Below, one piece after another: positions 35,378 through 47,769 of a stretch of DNA of 64,000 bases. Positions within the stretch are counted from its first letter, which is position 1. Every line of letters starts with the position of its first letter. Below the pieces are notes generated by a model that did not search any database, was not told where the DNA came from, and worked only from the letters and a program-made list of their open reading frames with translations. Source of the stretch: Stegostoma tigrinum (taxonomy: Eukaryota); NCBI RefSeq assembly GCF_030684315.1, contig NC_081387.1, positions 1,406,497 through 1,470,496 on the forward strand. The letters are read 5' to 3'. The position numbers were made by a program, and so were the translations under genes.

Positions 35378-38229
35378 CTGAAAAATAACAACAGAAAAAA
35401 AAGTTCTTCGTAAAATGATTGGTATAATTATATATGGTACCTGACATTTCAATTCCAGCTCCAACACGACTAAATCCTGTGCTCCTTCCCCAGCAGCCTA
35501 GCTCTCAATTGATTCTAAAATCTAAAAGCTGGCTTTCAATGAACTCTAGTTTCATTACTTACATGTTAAAAAAAATAACATCACCCATCTATAACCCCAG
35601 GTCGGGATGGATCTCCGTCTTGGAAGGGAACATGCAGGTGATGGAGTACCCATGCACTTTGTCTTCCTGGCAAAACCGGCTTTATACACTGCTAATTTGA
35701 AAGATCCTGCTGAAAGTACTTAGAGAAATTGCTGCAATGGTTCAGACGGAATTTTTAATTTGCTAAAAAGGTTCACATAGATTTTGTACTCTGATCCCTT
35801 TCCGAGTTGGTAGGTGTGAGCGTGTGTACTTCAGGCATTGTTGGGTTATGCTCAGTAAAGGCATTGTATTTTTTTAAAAGCACCGAAGAAATCCACCGGA
35901 TCTGCCAGAAACTGTGGAGGAAGAGAAACAGTCTTAGAATTATGAATTATTGTATACTGGAGAGACCTTCTTGATGTTCTTTGAGATTCACTCGAGATGA
36001 GCGATGGAGAGTTTTCCTTCACTCCACAAACTCGCACATTAGATAGAGTTTACAATGTTTGGGAAAGTTAGAAAACGAGTAATTTAATACTCAGTTTATA
36101 ATCCAGAAGCTGAGCCTGCACTTGAAATATTAATATCCTGGATCAAGTAAGTTTCGATTTCAGTGAGTGCTGTTAATGGCAGGTGCTTAGTAGTGTTCTT
36201 GATAAAGTGGTCCTTTCCTGATATCTGTATAGAAAGAAAACTGCCTTTTAAGTATCAGACCAAACCTAACTGCTACCTAGGATAGTTAGAAACTACTAAT
36301 TTCTCTGACGAGCTGTGAAAGAATGTCACATCGTGCTATCTTCAGTGCGCATCCAAATCTTTAACTTTACAGCTGAGTGACTGTACAGCTGTGGTGAGGT
36401 GACAATCAGCAGTCATGGCGACGAAACTGGGTAAGACCGACCGTGAAGCATGCTGGGAACTTTGGTCAGGCTAGCTTAAACTCTCACCTCTGTTAAAACT
36501 GCAGCCAGGACATTTTGTGATCGGTCGTATAAACTGTGATCTGCAATATCCCTGTGTTGACCAAATAAAGGGCGACAAAAGGTTGTCTGCTAGAAATAGT
36601 GGCACCACATTGCCTTACATGGACAGGTGGCTTTTTATGAATTGTTATAAACGTTTGGGAGCTGTTTACTAGTAAACTACATTGGTTGCAATCGAGCATT
36701 GTGTTCAGGTTTGGCCATTTCATTGGCTGAGTATCAGAGAAGGTTCGAGAAGAATGAATACGTTTTGAGATAAAAGTTAGCAGAACAAAAGAGTTTGCAG
36801 GACTGAACCATTTGGACCATTATTAAAAAGCACGTGCCCTGAAGTTATATTTAGAGACGACAAAGAGCCACGAGAAAAGATCCACATGTAGAGAAAAGTT
36901 GGCCACTTCATTCAAATCGGGTTATATTTGTTTCAAGCAAAACTTAGGCAAGTTAAAGTTAGAGTTAGGGTTAAATATGCGTTAAGTTAGAATAAGTGCA
37001 GTTAAATGAGGTGAGTTAAAGTTGAAGTTAGATGAAATGGGAAGTAAATGTTACAAAAATATATGCTTTATATTGTGTATTGGTACCTAAAGAGTTAAAT
37101 AAAGAAAGGATTGCGAAAACAAATTTTGAGTTGCCTCCATGTCTTTTGTGTGTCACACAAAGGAAGAGCACCTGCATAAATGGGCTTGGTACTCCTCTGG
37201 GTAACAGGGCTGAAGGTGGTGGGTCTTGGAACAATACCCAGGAGAACTCCTACAGTGATGTCCTGCTGTAGAGATGGTACAACAAGCACACACTTGCTAT
37301 TTCACTGGCGTCGAGTTGACATCACGAGGTGGTGGAATAATATTGTCCTGCTGCCTGTGTACAGAAATGCCGAGACATTTTTTCCCACGTTACATTATGA
37401 TCGCACAATCATCTGTATCACATATTCTGCAGCTTTAGCTGTTTGAGCATTTACCTACCGATTTATTTTTGTGCATTTTCAGGGAGTTACACCTGCCACG
37501 AGGAAGAGACTATTAACTCGACTGAAGCTAACATGTCTAAAAGTGATGATTCGAGATGAAGCCCGGATCAAATATCCTTGTTGGCGGTGGCTGCAAACAT
37601 GGAAACATTCTTCAACGTCTCCTTGATGTGTATCACCATCCATTGGGATAGGGTTGTTCATGAAGGTTTACTGAGATATGTTAGTTGGTCACTCCCATTC
37701 ACAATAGGAAATGGCTAGATTGCAACGTTTGGACTTTGTGTGATGGAATTGTTAACTATGTGAATGACATTGGTGTAATGCACGTTCACGAGAACTATGC
37801 ATTGCTACCTCGTGATGCAAAGGGGAAAAGGAATCTGTGATAAATCAATTGGTGATTAGAAAGTTATGAGTTGTTTCCCGTTTTCATTTTCTCTGATCTC
37901 GTGCTATAAACAAAGCCTAGAATGATAGACATCTCAGGACTCATACTACTCCGTCAGTAGTTATGTTACAACATCACTCTTATGAATGACCGTTAAAATC
38001 CTCCATACCTTACCGCTGCCATACCTTGAAGAATGTTGCTTCCATGGTTCTTCCATAAGGAATGCAGCGTGTGTTCCTCTGCAGATAGTTTCCTTGCCTA
38101 TGTGAGTTCAGGGCATCCAGAGACAACATTAAAGACCACAGCAGATCACATTATTTGCTCTTAACTGCTGGTCAACACGTCCTCTTAATCGATTATACTT
38201 GTGTTTTACAGCATTCCAACTGGTGTTAC

Positions 38230-38600
38230 AATGAGACTGCATTGTGAAGAGAGGTTGAATAGTTTTAGTCTGTACTCATTTAAAAAGAGAATCACGAGAG
38301 ACAACCTGATTGACGTATGCAAGATGGTTAGAGGACTTGACACCATAGATGCGGAAAGATTGTTGGTGCTTGTGGGAAGGTCTACGACTAAAGTGTATAA
38401 CGTCAGAATAAGGGGCAGCGTACATAAGACAAAAAAAAAATCGACAATTTCGTCTCCCAGAGTGTAATTTTGCTTGGAATTCCTTACCTCAGAGTGCTGT
38501 AGAGGTTTGTTGTTTAAGTATATTCAGCGCTGAGGTAGACAGGTTCTTAATCAGCAAGGAATCAAGAGGTATGCAGAAAAAATGTGAAAATCCAATTGAG
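38230..38600 (+). mobile_element. CR1 3' fragment
   Basis: EERLNSFSLYSF.KR..RDNLIDVCKMVRGLD. Confidence 0.7.
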
Positions 38601-41600
38601 GATTGTACTTGAGAAACTAGGAGTGAGCTGCTACTCTTGTGTAGGTACTTGTATGGTGCTGTTAACGAGGCTTGTTGCAGGGACACTTTGAGAATGACAG
38701 AGAGACAGCCGAGCGGTGGCGATGACATGAATCCGTCGGTCCTCGTCTTTGAGGCGGCAGCGTTCGGGAAAGATTCTATTAGCTTATTTATCCGCAACCG
38801 TTAGCTCTCTCTCTATCCACGGATAACTACCTGGCCCACTGTGATTTACAGCATTTGTTTTTTTTTTGCTTCCAGTACAGATTCCACCATCTGCCGTACT
38901 TCACTCATATTAACAGTTATCCACATTGCTGTGGGCCTGGAGCCACAGAGCAGATAAAGTTGACAGGTCCGTTCCCGAAAGGATATGAGTGAACCAGATG
39001 GGATTTCTCCCCAGTAATGGACAATGAACTCAGTCCTCATTAGATTGCAATTTCGAGATTTATTATTAACTTCAAATTCCGCCATCTTCAATGGCTGATT
39101 CAAACACAGGTTCGCAGAACGTTGTCTGCGTCGCTAGATCAATTGCTCTACGCCATCACCCGGACCGCCACCGCCACCGCCCACCCACAACGCTTTAGCT
39201 ACCGAAGGATATCGAGTCAGTGAGTTGAACACAATACTATTTTGAAATGTGTATTGCACAATTTTATAACCGTTGCATTCACGTAATGTTTTACTTATCC
39301 ACTTCAGGTCTCTGATATTTATCGCAGAACAGGGTTGAAGGATGAACTGATCTGACTATTTAATATGTTAGAGGAATCGGCATGACTGTTACATTCTTCC
39401 CCACAGTGGGCGAATCGATACCTTGTCCCAGAAATGTTGGTGTACCTAACAGTCTTCGTGCTTAATATTGTGTCTTCTGCTTATGTTTGCTGAAGGACAG
39501 ACCATGCATGAAAATTATAATCCCTTTCTGTTGCCATTCTCAAACCCACTGTTTCTGTAACCAAGCTTCTATCGAACTGAAGCTAGATTTTCAAATGTTA
39601 TTGCACCATTCCCCAAAGTTTCCTTATCTATACCTTTCCAGATTGATAAGTAAGATTCCGCCATAATAGGTGCGTTAAATACACTGCAAAGAAGTGTCAC
39701 CTGTGAATGGGGAAATATACAAAGATACTTCTTGAGGCCGAGACAATCTTTAGCTCTCGTCTCCGGCTTCTGAATTCTTGAGGATAAACGGATTCCAATT
39801 ATTTCTAAATATTCTGTTTCAGGAGTTTAAGACGACAGACAGAAGGCTAGAGTTTCCATTCTGGGTTATTGAGCATGTGAGGAATCTCGTTTTGGAATCA
39901 AGAAGTTATTTTCTCGGCACAACGATAGTTCTGCCATCGTGTTATACACACTATTCCTCCCGGCATCACTCTCAAGGCGTCACACAACTACCAATGCTGC
40001 ATGGTGACTAAATTTGAATCAGTAGATTAATAGAATCACACAGTAGATAAGAGGCCCCAAGGCCCATGAAGTCTGTACCACTAAAGCAGTGCTAAATCTG
40101 AGTAGACCTACTTCGCTGCTATTACCAAATATTATGGCACCTAAGTGTTAATTCAAATGTTTCTTAAAGGTTGTGAATTTAGCCGAATCATCTACCCTGT
40201 GAGGCAGTGCAACCAGATTCCCATCCCCAGCCAGCATACACTGGGTACAGAAGAAATTTTGTCAACTACTTTCTAAATCTCCTGCCATTCACCTTAAATA
40301 CGCGCACCTGGTTGTTGAGCTTTCACCCAAGGAAAACAGCTGCTTCTGATCCTTCCTGTCCCTCATAACCTTATTCTCCTCAATTGGATCTCCCAGCAAA
40401 CATGTTTGCTTCCAGAGAAAAGTAACCCCAGCTATTCCAACCTCTCTCTGGAGTGAAACTGCCTCTCTATTCAGGTAAGCAGGTTTTTCCCATTCACTCT
40501 ACGTCACACGTCTTCAGAATTTTGTAGATATCAATCAAATTACCCTCAGCCTCCTCTGTTCCAAGGAAAACAACCCCAACCTATCATTTTTTTTTGATTG
40601 ATGGAGTTTTCCAGTCATTCAACTTTCACATAAAGAATCCCCTGTTACCTCTTGAGCACAAATCAAACCTTTAAATAATGATATGGCCAGAACTGCCATG
40701 CTATCCTTAACTTGTGGCCTCATAATTTATGCAGTTCACCATAACCCCCATGCTGTTAGCTAGTTAGTTCTGAGCCAATTTTCCACCTGATAAGATACAC
40801 GTTTTGAAAACTCTTTGTCCTACTAAGTCAGCTGTGTGGGAAATACGCTTTCATACATAGGTTCTTATTGTACATTTAAGGAGAAGCATGAAGCCAGAAG
40901 CAGATAGCGAGTTTGGGAAGCATTGGGAACAAGTGGATTGTTGTTATGCGTTAGAAGATTATCAATAAAACCTAATGCGTCAGGAGCAATGCTCCTACTG
41001 AACAAATGATCTGCCATGTTTAGAGGAGCTCAGTCTCCTTAATCAAGAGAAAACACAGAATGACACAATCACGATCCATAGGGAAAGGCATTAATGACGT
41101 ACACTGAATAAACAAGGTTCAATTAACGCTATATGCTCTGACACTTCGTAAATCCCAGCATATTCATCAGATACATCACAAGATATTGTCTTGTTAAATA
41201 TTAGCATTTACAGTTGATCCAAATGCAGTGTCCTGACTGAATTACATGAGATAAGCACACTGTTCTGTCCATCGGTTCTTCAGTTCAATCATAGGAACAT
41301 GCTGTTTATGTTGATCTCAGACAAGCAACAGATGAGATGGGACAGCCCTTATCAATTGTGCTCTGGTAGCCCCGAGACGACTTACATACTGACAATGCCT
41401 AATCTCATTCATGTGCAGCCCCACACAAATGAATTGACTAATGACACCTTATTTTAAAAAAAGAAACATTCGCTTGTCCTTATAATTGACAAAATATAAA
41501 CAGAAATTGCTGGAGAAACTCAGCGGGTCTGGCAGCATCTGTGGAGAGAGAAAAATAGTTAACGTTTCACGTCTACTGTCAGCATGTTGCCAATTCTCAT

Positions 41601-42744
41601 CTCAGTTTAACTGAACGGACAACATCAGCAAATCCACAGCACCAGTCCACAATTGATATTGTCAGTTTCAAATCATTGCTATCTTTCCTGCCCTATTTTG
41701 TGGCCGATGGTACACTCCTCTGAATAAACAAATATTTCCTTTGCCTGTATTTTGCTGCAGGGTGAAGTTGCTGTCTTTATTCCCAGGCTCCCCAATAAAA
41801 CTCACTCCCTGGAAACTGTCACAAGTTGAGCTGGACCAATCTCTGGCAGCCATACATGACCCTTAGCTGACTTTCTACCCACATACTGGTTCCATGACCA
41901 AGTCTGTCTCCTTCCACCTTACACTCACAACCCTTGTTTGTACTGGTCTTAGCTCATTGTTTGTGGAAACGCTCATCCGTGGTTACCTCTGAGCAATTTT
42001 CACTATTCCAAAGCTGCCTTCACAAATTTCTCAATAAAACTCTGTACAAGTGCACTGTTTACAACCTACCTCACACCAAATTCCTTTCCCCTCAAACAGT
42101 CCAATGACCTAATTTGGATCCCTACTTTGCAATAGCACAACTGAATAATTCTTGATTGTGAACACTGTCATTGCCTTTCCTCACTGGCTCTTACATCTCT
42201 TTAACCCCTTCAATTGTTTTCTGATGAACGGTCTAGGCCCAAAACGTCAGCCTTCCTGCCCCGAAGATGCTGCTTGGCCTGCTGTGTTCATCCAGCTCCA
42301 CACTTTGTTACCATTGCTATATGACTGCATTTGCTTAGTTATAGACTATTTTGCCTCTAGAATTTAATCACGCCAATGGTTGTGGTTATAACTTGATCTG
42401 GATAAGGAAGGCAGATTTCCTTCCCAGAAGACACTAGAGCTTTTTCTAAAAAAATCATTTTGGATGAGGGTGTCACTAGCTAGGCCAGCATTTATTGCCC
42501 AGCCCAGTGAACAGTGAAGAATCAACTACATTGTTGTGTGCCTGGAGGCATATGTGAGTCAGACTAGGTAAGAATGGCAGTTTCTGTCACTAAAGGGCAT
42601 TAGAAAATCAGAGGGTCTTTTTTTTACAATAAGGGACAATGGTTTAATGGTCAACTCAAGACTTCTAATTCCAGATTTTTATTGAATCAAAACTCCATTA
42701 TCTGCCATGGTGGAATTCAAACTGGGGTCTCCAGGACATTCGCC

Positions 42745-43550
42745 TGTCTCTTCGTAGGGTACATGGAACATTCCTTGCTCTAGTTCTATTCCAGACCCCA
42801 CCCACAACTCTTTTTCTGATATATCGATTATATCATTGGTGCTGCTTCCATATCTTGTCTGGAACTGGAAACATTCATGGATTTTGCTTCCAGTTTCCAT
42901 CCCGCCCTTACTTCCACCTGGTTTATATCTGACTTGTCCCTTCCCTTCCTCAACATTTCTGGGGATAGACTGGCCACTAATATCCACTATAAACCCACTG
43001 ACTGCCACAGCTACCTGGACTATACATCCTCACACCCTGCTTCCTGTAAAGGTTTTATTCCATTCTCCCAGCTCCTCTGTCTCCGTCATGTATGTTCTGA
43101 TGAGGCCAAGTTCAACAAGGGAGCCTCTGAAGTTCTTCCTTTTTCATCAATCAAGAATTCCCAGCACCATTGTCAACAGGGCTCTCATCAGGGTCTGAAC
43201 CATCTCCCGCACTTCTACCCTCACCCTTCTCTTACCTTCCAAAAAAAGTAATAGGGTTCCATTTGTTCTTACCTACCATCTCACCAGCATCCACATCCAG
43301 AAGATCATCAGATGCCATTTCCACCACCACTAGTCAGGTGTCACCACAAGACACATATTCCCCTATACTCTCTCCACCTATCTTCTTTACTCTCCAACTT
43401 CGGTCCGCCTCCCCCTCTCTCCCTATTTATTCCAGTTCCATCTCCCCATCCCCCTCTCTGATGAAGGGTCTAGGCCCGAAACGTCAGCTTTTGTGCTCCT
43501 GAGATGCTGCTTGGCCTGCTGTGTTCATCCAGCCTCACATTTTATTATCT
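42745..43550 (+). mobile_element. Older PLE RT fragment (42745-43358) joined to a young PLE 3' tail (43360-43550)
   Basis: FHPALTSTWFISDLSLPFLNIS..YKPTDCHSYLDYTSSHP; young tail with intact hammerhead. Confidence 0.8.
43458..43485 (+). ncRNA. Minimal type I hammerhead ribozyme motif
   Basis: CTGATGAAGGGTCTAGGCCCGAAACGTC, intact. Confidence 0.85.
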
Positions 43551-43879
43551 TGATATTGCATGCCAATGGATTTGTGATTTGTGGTGGTGGAGTGGTTATG
43601 TTAGCCATTAGCAATCCCACATTTCAGATTAATGTTCTTGGAAGCATGGCTTCAAACCCCACCACAGTAGCTTGAGAAATTAAATTCAATTAACAACTGC
43701 TGGATATATGAAGAGTAAAAGTAGAAGGGGTTCTCTGAAACTTGTTTGCTAATCTCATAACTAACGGCCACAAGTTACTGCTAGATGATCATAAAATCTC
43801 AAATAAAAGCAAAATTCTATGTTGACTGGAAATCTGGAAAACATTGGGACATGCTGGAGATGTTTAGCAGTAGACAGAG

Positions 43880-44510
43880 AAGAGTCATGCCAGATCATAA
43901 AACAAATAAAAAAATACTCAGAACTGACAGCTAGACTACGCAGACCAGTCGGAATCATGACAGCATACAAACCGGCAGCTACACTAAGATAGCAACTGAC
44001 CAAGTTTGAAGACTCACTAGAGACCATGGACAGGATGAATGTAGCTTATAAGACGCCATGCAGAGACTGCACAAAACACTATGTAGGACAAATAGGCCGA
44101 CAACTAGCAATCCACACAAACTCCAGCTAGCAACTAAACAACATGACTAGACCTCCTTGGTTTCAATGCACACACAGATGAGAAAAACCACACTTTCAAC
44201 TGGGACAACATTACTATCATAGTGTGAACCAAACAGGACAGCCAGGGAATTCTTGGAGGCTTGGCATTCATCCATGGACTCCATCAACAAACACATTGAA
44301 TTGGACCCAATGTACCGACCATTACAACACAGAAATGGAAGTGGCACCTACCAGATGCAGCAAAAACTGGACCATATAAATTCGAACCAGCATAAGACAA
44401 CAGCACTTCACAGGAGGATCCACATCACTGAAGGTGTCATCTAGTAACAGGACGAAATGTCTGCTATCCAACCTCCCAGCTTGGTGAACATACCAACATC
44501 CACAAACTTG
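43880..44510 (+). mobile_element. PLE of a different family (GIY-YIG remnant and tail)
   Basis: NVAYKTPCRDCTKHYVGQIGRQLAI, REFLEAWHS..SINKHIELDPMY; degenerate hammerhead near 44428-44462. Confidence 0.75.
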
Positions 44511-45119
44511 GATCATTGTTTTGAAGTTCAAGGTATATTCTTCTTGATGAGTGAGAAGTTTTAAAAATTCATTTGTGGGTCATAGTTGTTGCTGGCTGGT
44601 TACTATTATTGCCTGAATCTTGCTGTCCTTGAGAAGGTGATGATGAGCTGCCTTCTTGAACTGCTGAAAACCATATGTTGCAGTTTGACACAATTCCAAT
44701 AAGCGGGAATAACAATATATTTACAAATCTGGATAATGAGTGGCTTACAGGAGAACTTGCAGGTGGCAGTGTTCCTATGTATCTCCTGCCCTTGTCCTTC
44801 TAGAGTGAAGCGGATATGGATTTGGAAGATGCTGTTTGAAAATCTTTGATGAGTTTCTGCAGTGCGTCTTGTAGATAGTACATATTGCTGCTACCGTTGG
44901 AGGGAATGAATGGTGGGCCAAACAAGTGGGCTGCTTTCCCTCCTGGATGGGATCAGCTTCTTGAGTGTTGTTGGAGCTGCACCCATCCAGGAAAATGGGG
45001 AAGTTTTCCATAATAATCCTTAGTAGAATCATAGAATGCCTACAGTGTGTAAGCAGGACATTAGGCTCATCAGGTTAACACTGTTAACAATCAAAATAAA
45101 ATCCTACCAAAACACTATA

Positions 45120-45830
45120 ATCCCTTTGTCATTCAACTGTGTTGCCATCACTGAATCCCACACTATCAACATTCCTGGGGTTTACCATTGACCAAAAACT
45201 CAGTTGGACTCACCACATAAACACAGTAGCTACAAGAGCAGGTCAGAAGCTGGGAATACTATGCCAAGTAACTCACCACCTGACTCCTCCAAGCCTGTCA
45301 ACCATCTATAAGGCACAAGTCAGGAGTGTGAGGGAATATTCCTCACTTGCTGGGATGCATGCAGCCCCAACAACACTCAAGAAGCCTGATGCCAACCAGG
45401 ACAAAACAGCGCACTTGATTGGCACTACACTCATAAGCCTCTATTCCCTCCAGCACTGACACTCAGTAGCAGCGGTGTTTAGTATCTACAAGATGCCACT
45501 GCAGACATTTACTAAAGATCCTCAAATATCACCTTCCAAACCCATGACCACTTCCATCTAAAAGGACAGGGGAAGCAGACATATGGGAACACTACGACCC
45601 ACAAGTTCCCATTCAAGCCACTCACCATGCTGACTTGGGAGTATATTGCCATTTCTTCACTGTTACTGGGTAAAACTCCCAGAATTCCCTCCCTAATGGC
45701 ATAATGGTTCAACCCACTGCAGGCGGACTGCAGCAGTTCAAGGCAGCAGTTCACCACCACCTTCTCAATGGAAACTAAGGATGGGCAATAAATGCTGGCC
45801 ATCCAGTGATCCCACATCCCACAAATGAAT
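45120..45830 (+). mobile_element. Non-LTR retrotransposon 3' fragment (CR1/L2 group); related pieces at 1-345 (+), 44570-45020 (-) and 59300-59560 (-)
   Basis: LGFTIDQKLSWTHHINTVATRAGQKLGIL...LSTIYKAQVRSVREYS; shared tail gggcaataaatgctggcc...cccacatccc. Confidence 0.75.
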
Positions 45831-46119
45831 TAAAAAACCAAACATACATGGGCAAATTTTCCACACTATCAGGTAGATGCCAGTGTTGTAACTACCATGG
45901 GAGATCTCAAAAGAGAGCTGAATATATATTTGAAAATGGTGAGTTTGGAGAGCTACAGAGATATGGCTGGAGAGTGAGACTCACTGTGTAGCTGTTACAG
46001 GAGCTGGTACAGATGCAATGGCTGAAATGGCCTCCTTCTGTACTGTAAAAGTCTATGATTCTGTGACATTGACAGAGATCTGTAAATTTACTAGATGATA
46101 TCCATTTTCTGAGCAATGT

Positions 46120-46800
46120 ATGTAGTTGAGGTGGTTGATTTGTTCGCCAAGTTGGTAGCTTAGTTTGCAGACATTTCATCATCATGCTGGGTTATATCAT
46201 CAGTGCACCTTCAATGATGCATTGTTGGTCTGCCCCGTGTGATATTAATGCTGTCCGGTTTGATGTGGTGGCTGGCCTCATTTCCGATTTTGCTTCGTAG
46301 TTGTTGGTATCTGGAGTCTTTTTTCACATGCTTGTTGATGGAGTTCCAGGCCTTACCAGGCCTCTCGAAAATTCTGTGCACATGTCTTTGGTTGGCTTGT
46401 CCTAGAATGGTTACGTCGTCCCAGTTGAATTGGTAGCCTTCATTTTCTGAGTGTATGGAAACATGTGATGGTTGGCTATGTCTCTTGGTAGCTAATTGTT
46501 GCTCATGTACCCTGATAGCGAGCTTTCGCCCATTCCTCTGATGTATGTAGCTGTACGGAGATGTTGTTGTGATTTCACTTGGAGATGTTTCCATTGAATT
46601 GTGGAATGATGTCCTCAGCATTGGCTTGGAAATTGAAGTGCTTTGGAGCTGATCTATATTTGCAATTGGTGAGATCATTATCAATACTGGAAAGGATGTT
46701 CAACTGTACAAGGATAGGTTTGCAATGCCCTGAGAAATTTCTTGTTTTGCATTGGGAAATGTTTTAAAAATGGTGTAGTGTTGTGGGCCAAAATAGGAGA
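46120..46800 (-). mobile_element. PLE of the same family as 43880-44510
   Basis: GRKLAIRVHEQQLATKRH...FNWDDVTILGQA...NSINKH; hammerhead-like CTGATGA...GAAATGTC near 46170-46205. Confidence 0.75.
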
Positions 46801-46869
46801 AGGGATGCTCTCGTGAATGGAGCAACTGCACAATATAAAACAGGGTACGAGATCTCACTGCAGGTTATT

Positions 46870-47105
46870 GTAGAATCCTTATAGTGAGGAGGAAGAGCAA
46901 CTTTCTTTAAGGCAAACCACTCCCTACCCTACAGCTTATCCATCTAACTTGCATGTCATTAGACTATGGAAGGAAATCAACAATGGGTGGAAACCCATGT
47001 GGGCAGAGGGAGAATGTGCAAACTCCTCACACAGTCACCCAAGGCCTGGAATCAAACTTCAGTCCCCAATGCTATGCAACAGCAATGGTAGCCACTGAGC
47101 CACAA
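46870..47105 (-). mobile_element. Diverged HE1-type V-SINE
   Basis: Reverse-complement head gtggctcagtggctacc and V-domain. Confidence 0.65.
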
Positions 47106-47215
47106 GCCGACTGCCTTGTACTCACTGCTGTTTTGGTCAAGCAGTGATGAGGAAATGGCTTCAATCTCCAAATACTGTGGATGTGCATTCAGATCGCACT
47201 GTGCTGAGAGACAGA

Positions 47216-47236
47216 TTGCTGATTGGTTTGTGCAAT
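47216..47236 (+). promoter_or_regulatory. Inverted CCAAT (Y-box-like CTGATTGGTT) abutting a C/EBP-like TTGTGCAAT
   Basis: 20/21 identical to the inverted copy at 55053-55073 although the flanks are diverged. Confidence 0.4.
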
Positions 47237-47769
47237 AAGGACTAATTTTGGAATTTAGGATTCATCAGAATTTCTCTGAAGCAGGCAGACAGAGTGTGTC
47301 TGAACAATGGAGAGGCACAAGATCTCCACACTGCAGAACAGTCAAAGTCTCACTCTCTCTCTCTCTCACACGCTCTCTCTCTCTATCTCTCTCTTTCTCT
47401 TCTGTGTAGAGTGAATGAGTAAAACCTGAATAGTAACTAAACTATTATCTAGAATGAATGGGTGTTAATTAATGCATGTAAAATATAGCAGATGCAGAAA
47501 ATCTGAAATAAAATCAGAATAAACGCTGCAAAACCTCATCAGATCTCGCAGCATCTGTCGAGCAGAGATAGAATTAATGTTTTAACTCCCATGACTCTTC
47601 TTCAGAGTTGAAACGGGCTGAAAGATCATGGCCTTTTGTATTGCATTTTATCCAGACAAATCACATTTTATGTAAGTACATAAGGGTAACAGAACGGAAT
47701 GCAGAATATAGTGGCACAGCTACAGAGAGGATGCATAGAAAGATCAACTCTAATATATGAGAGCGCAAA

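Noticed and set aside
36950-37035. Telomere-like GTTAGG/GTTAAA degenerate repeats
   Set aside because: Only one true TTAGGG; too short and degenerate to call an interstitial telomere.
44570-45830. Divergently oriented pair of related LINE 3' ends, a possible single inverted element
   Set aside because: The copies are considerably diverged, separated by other sequence, and have no enclosing TSD; probably independent insertions.
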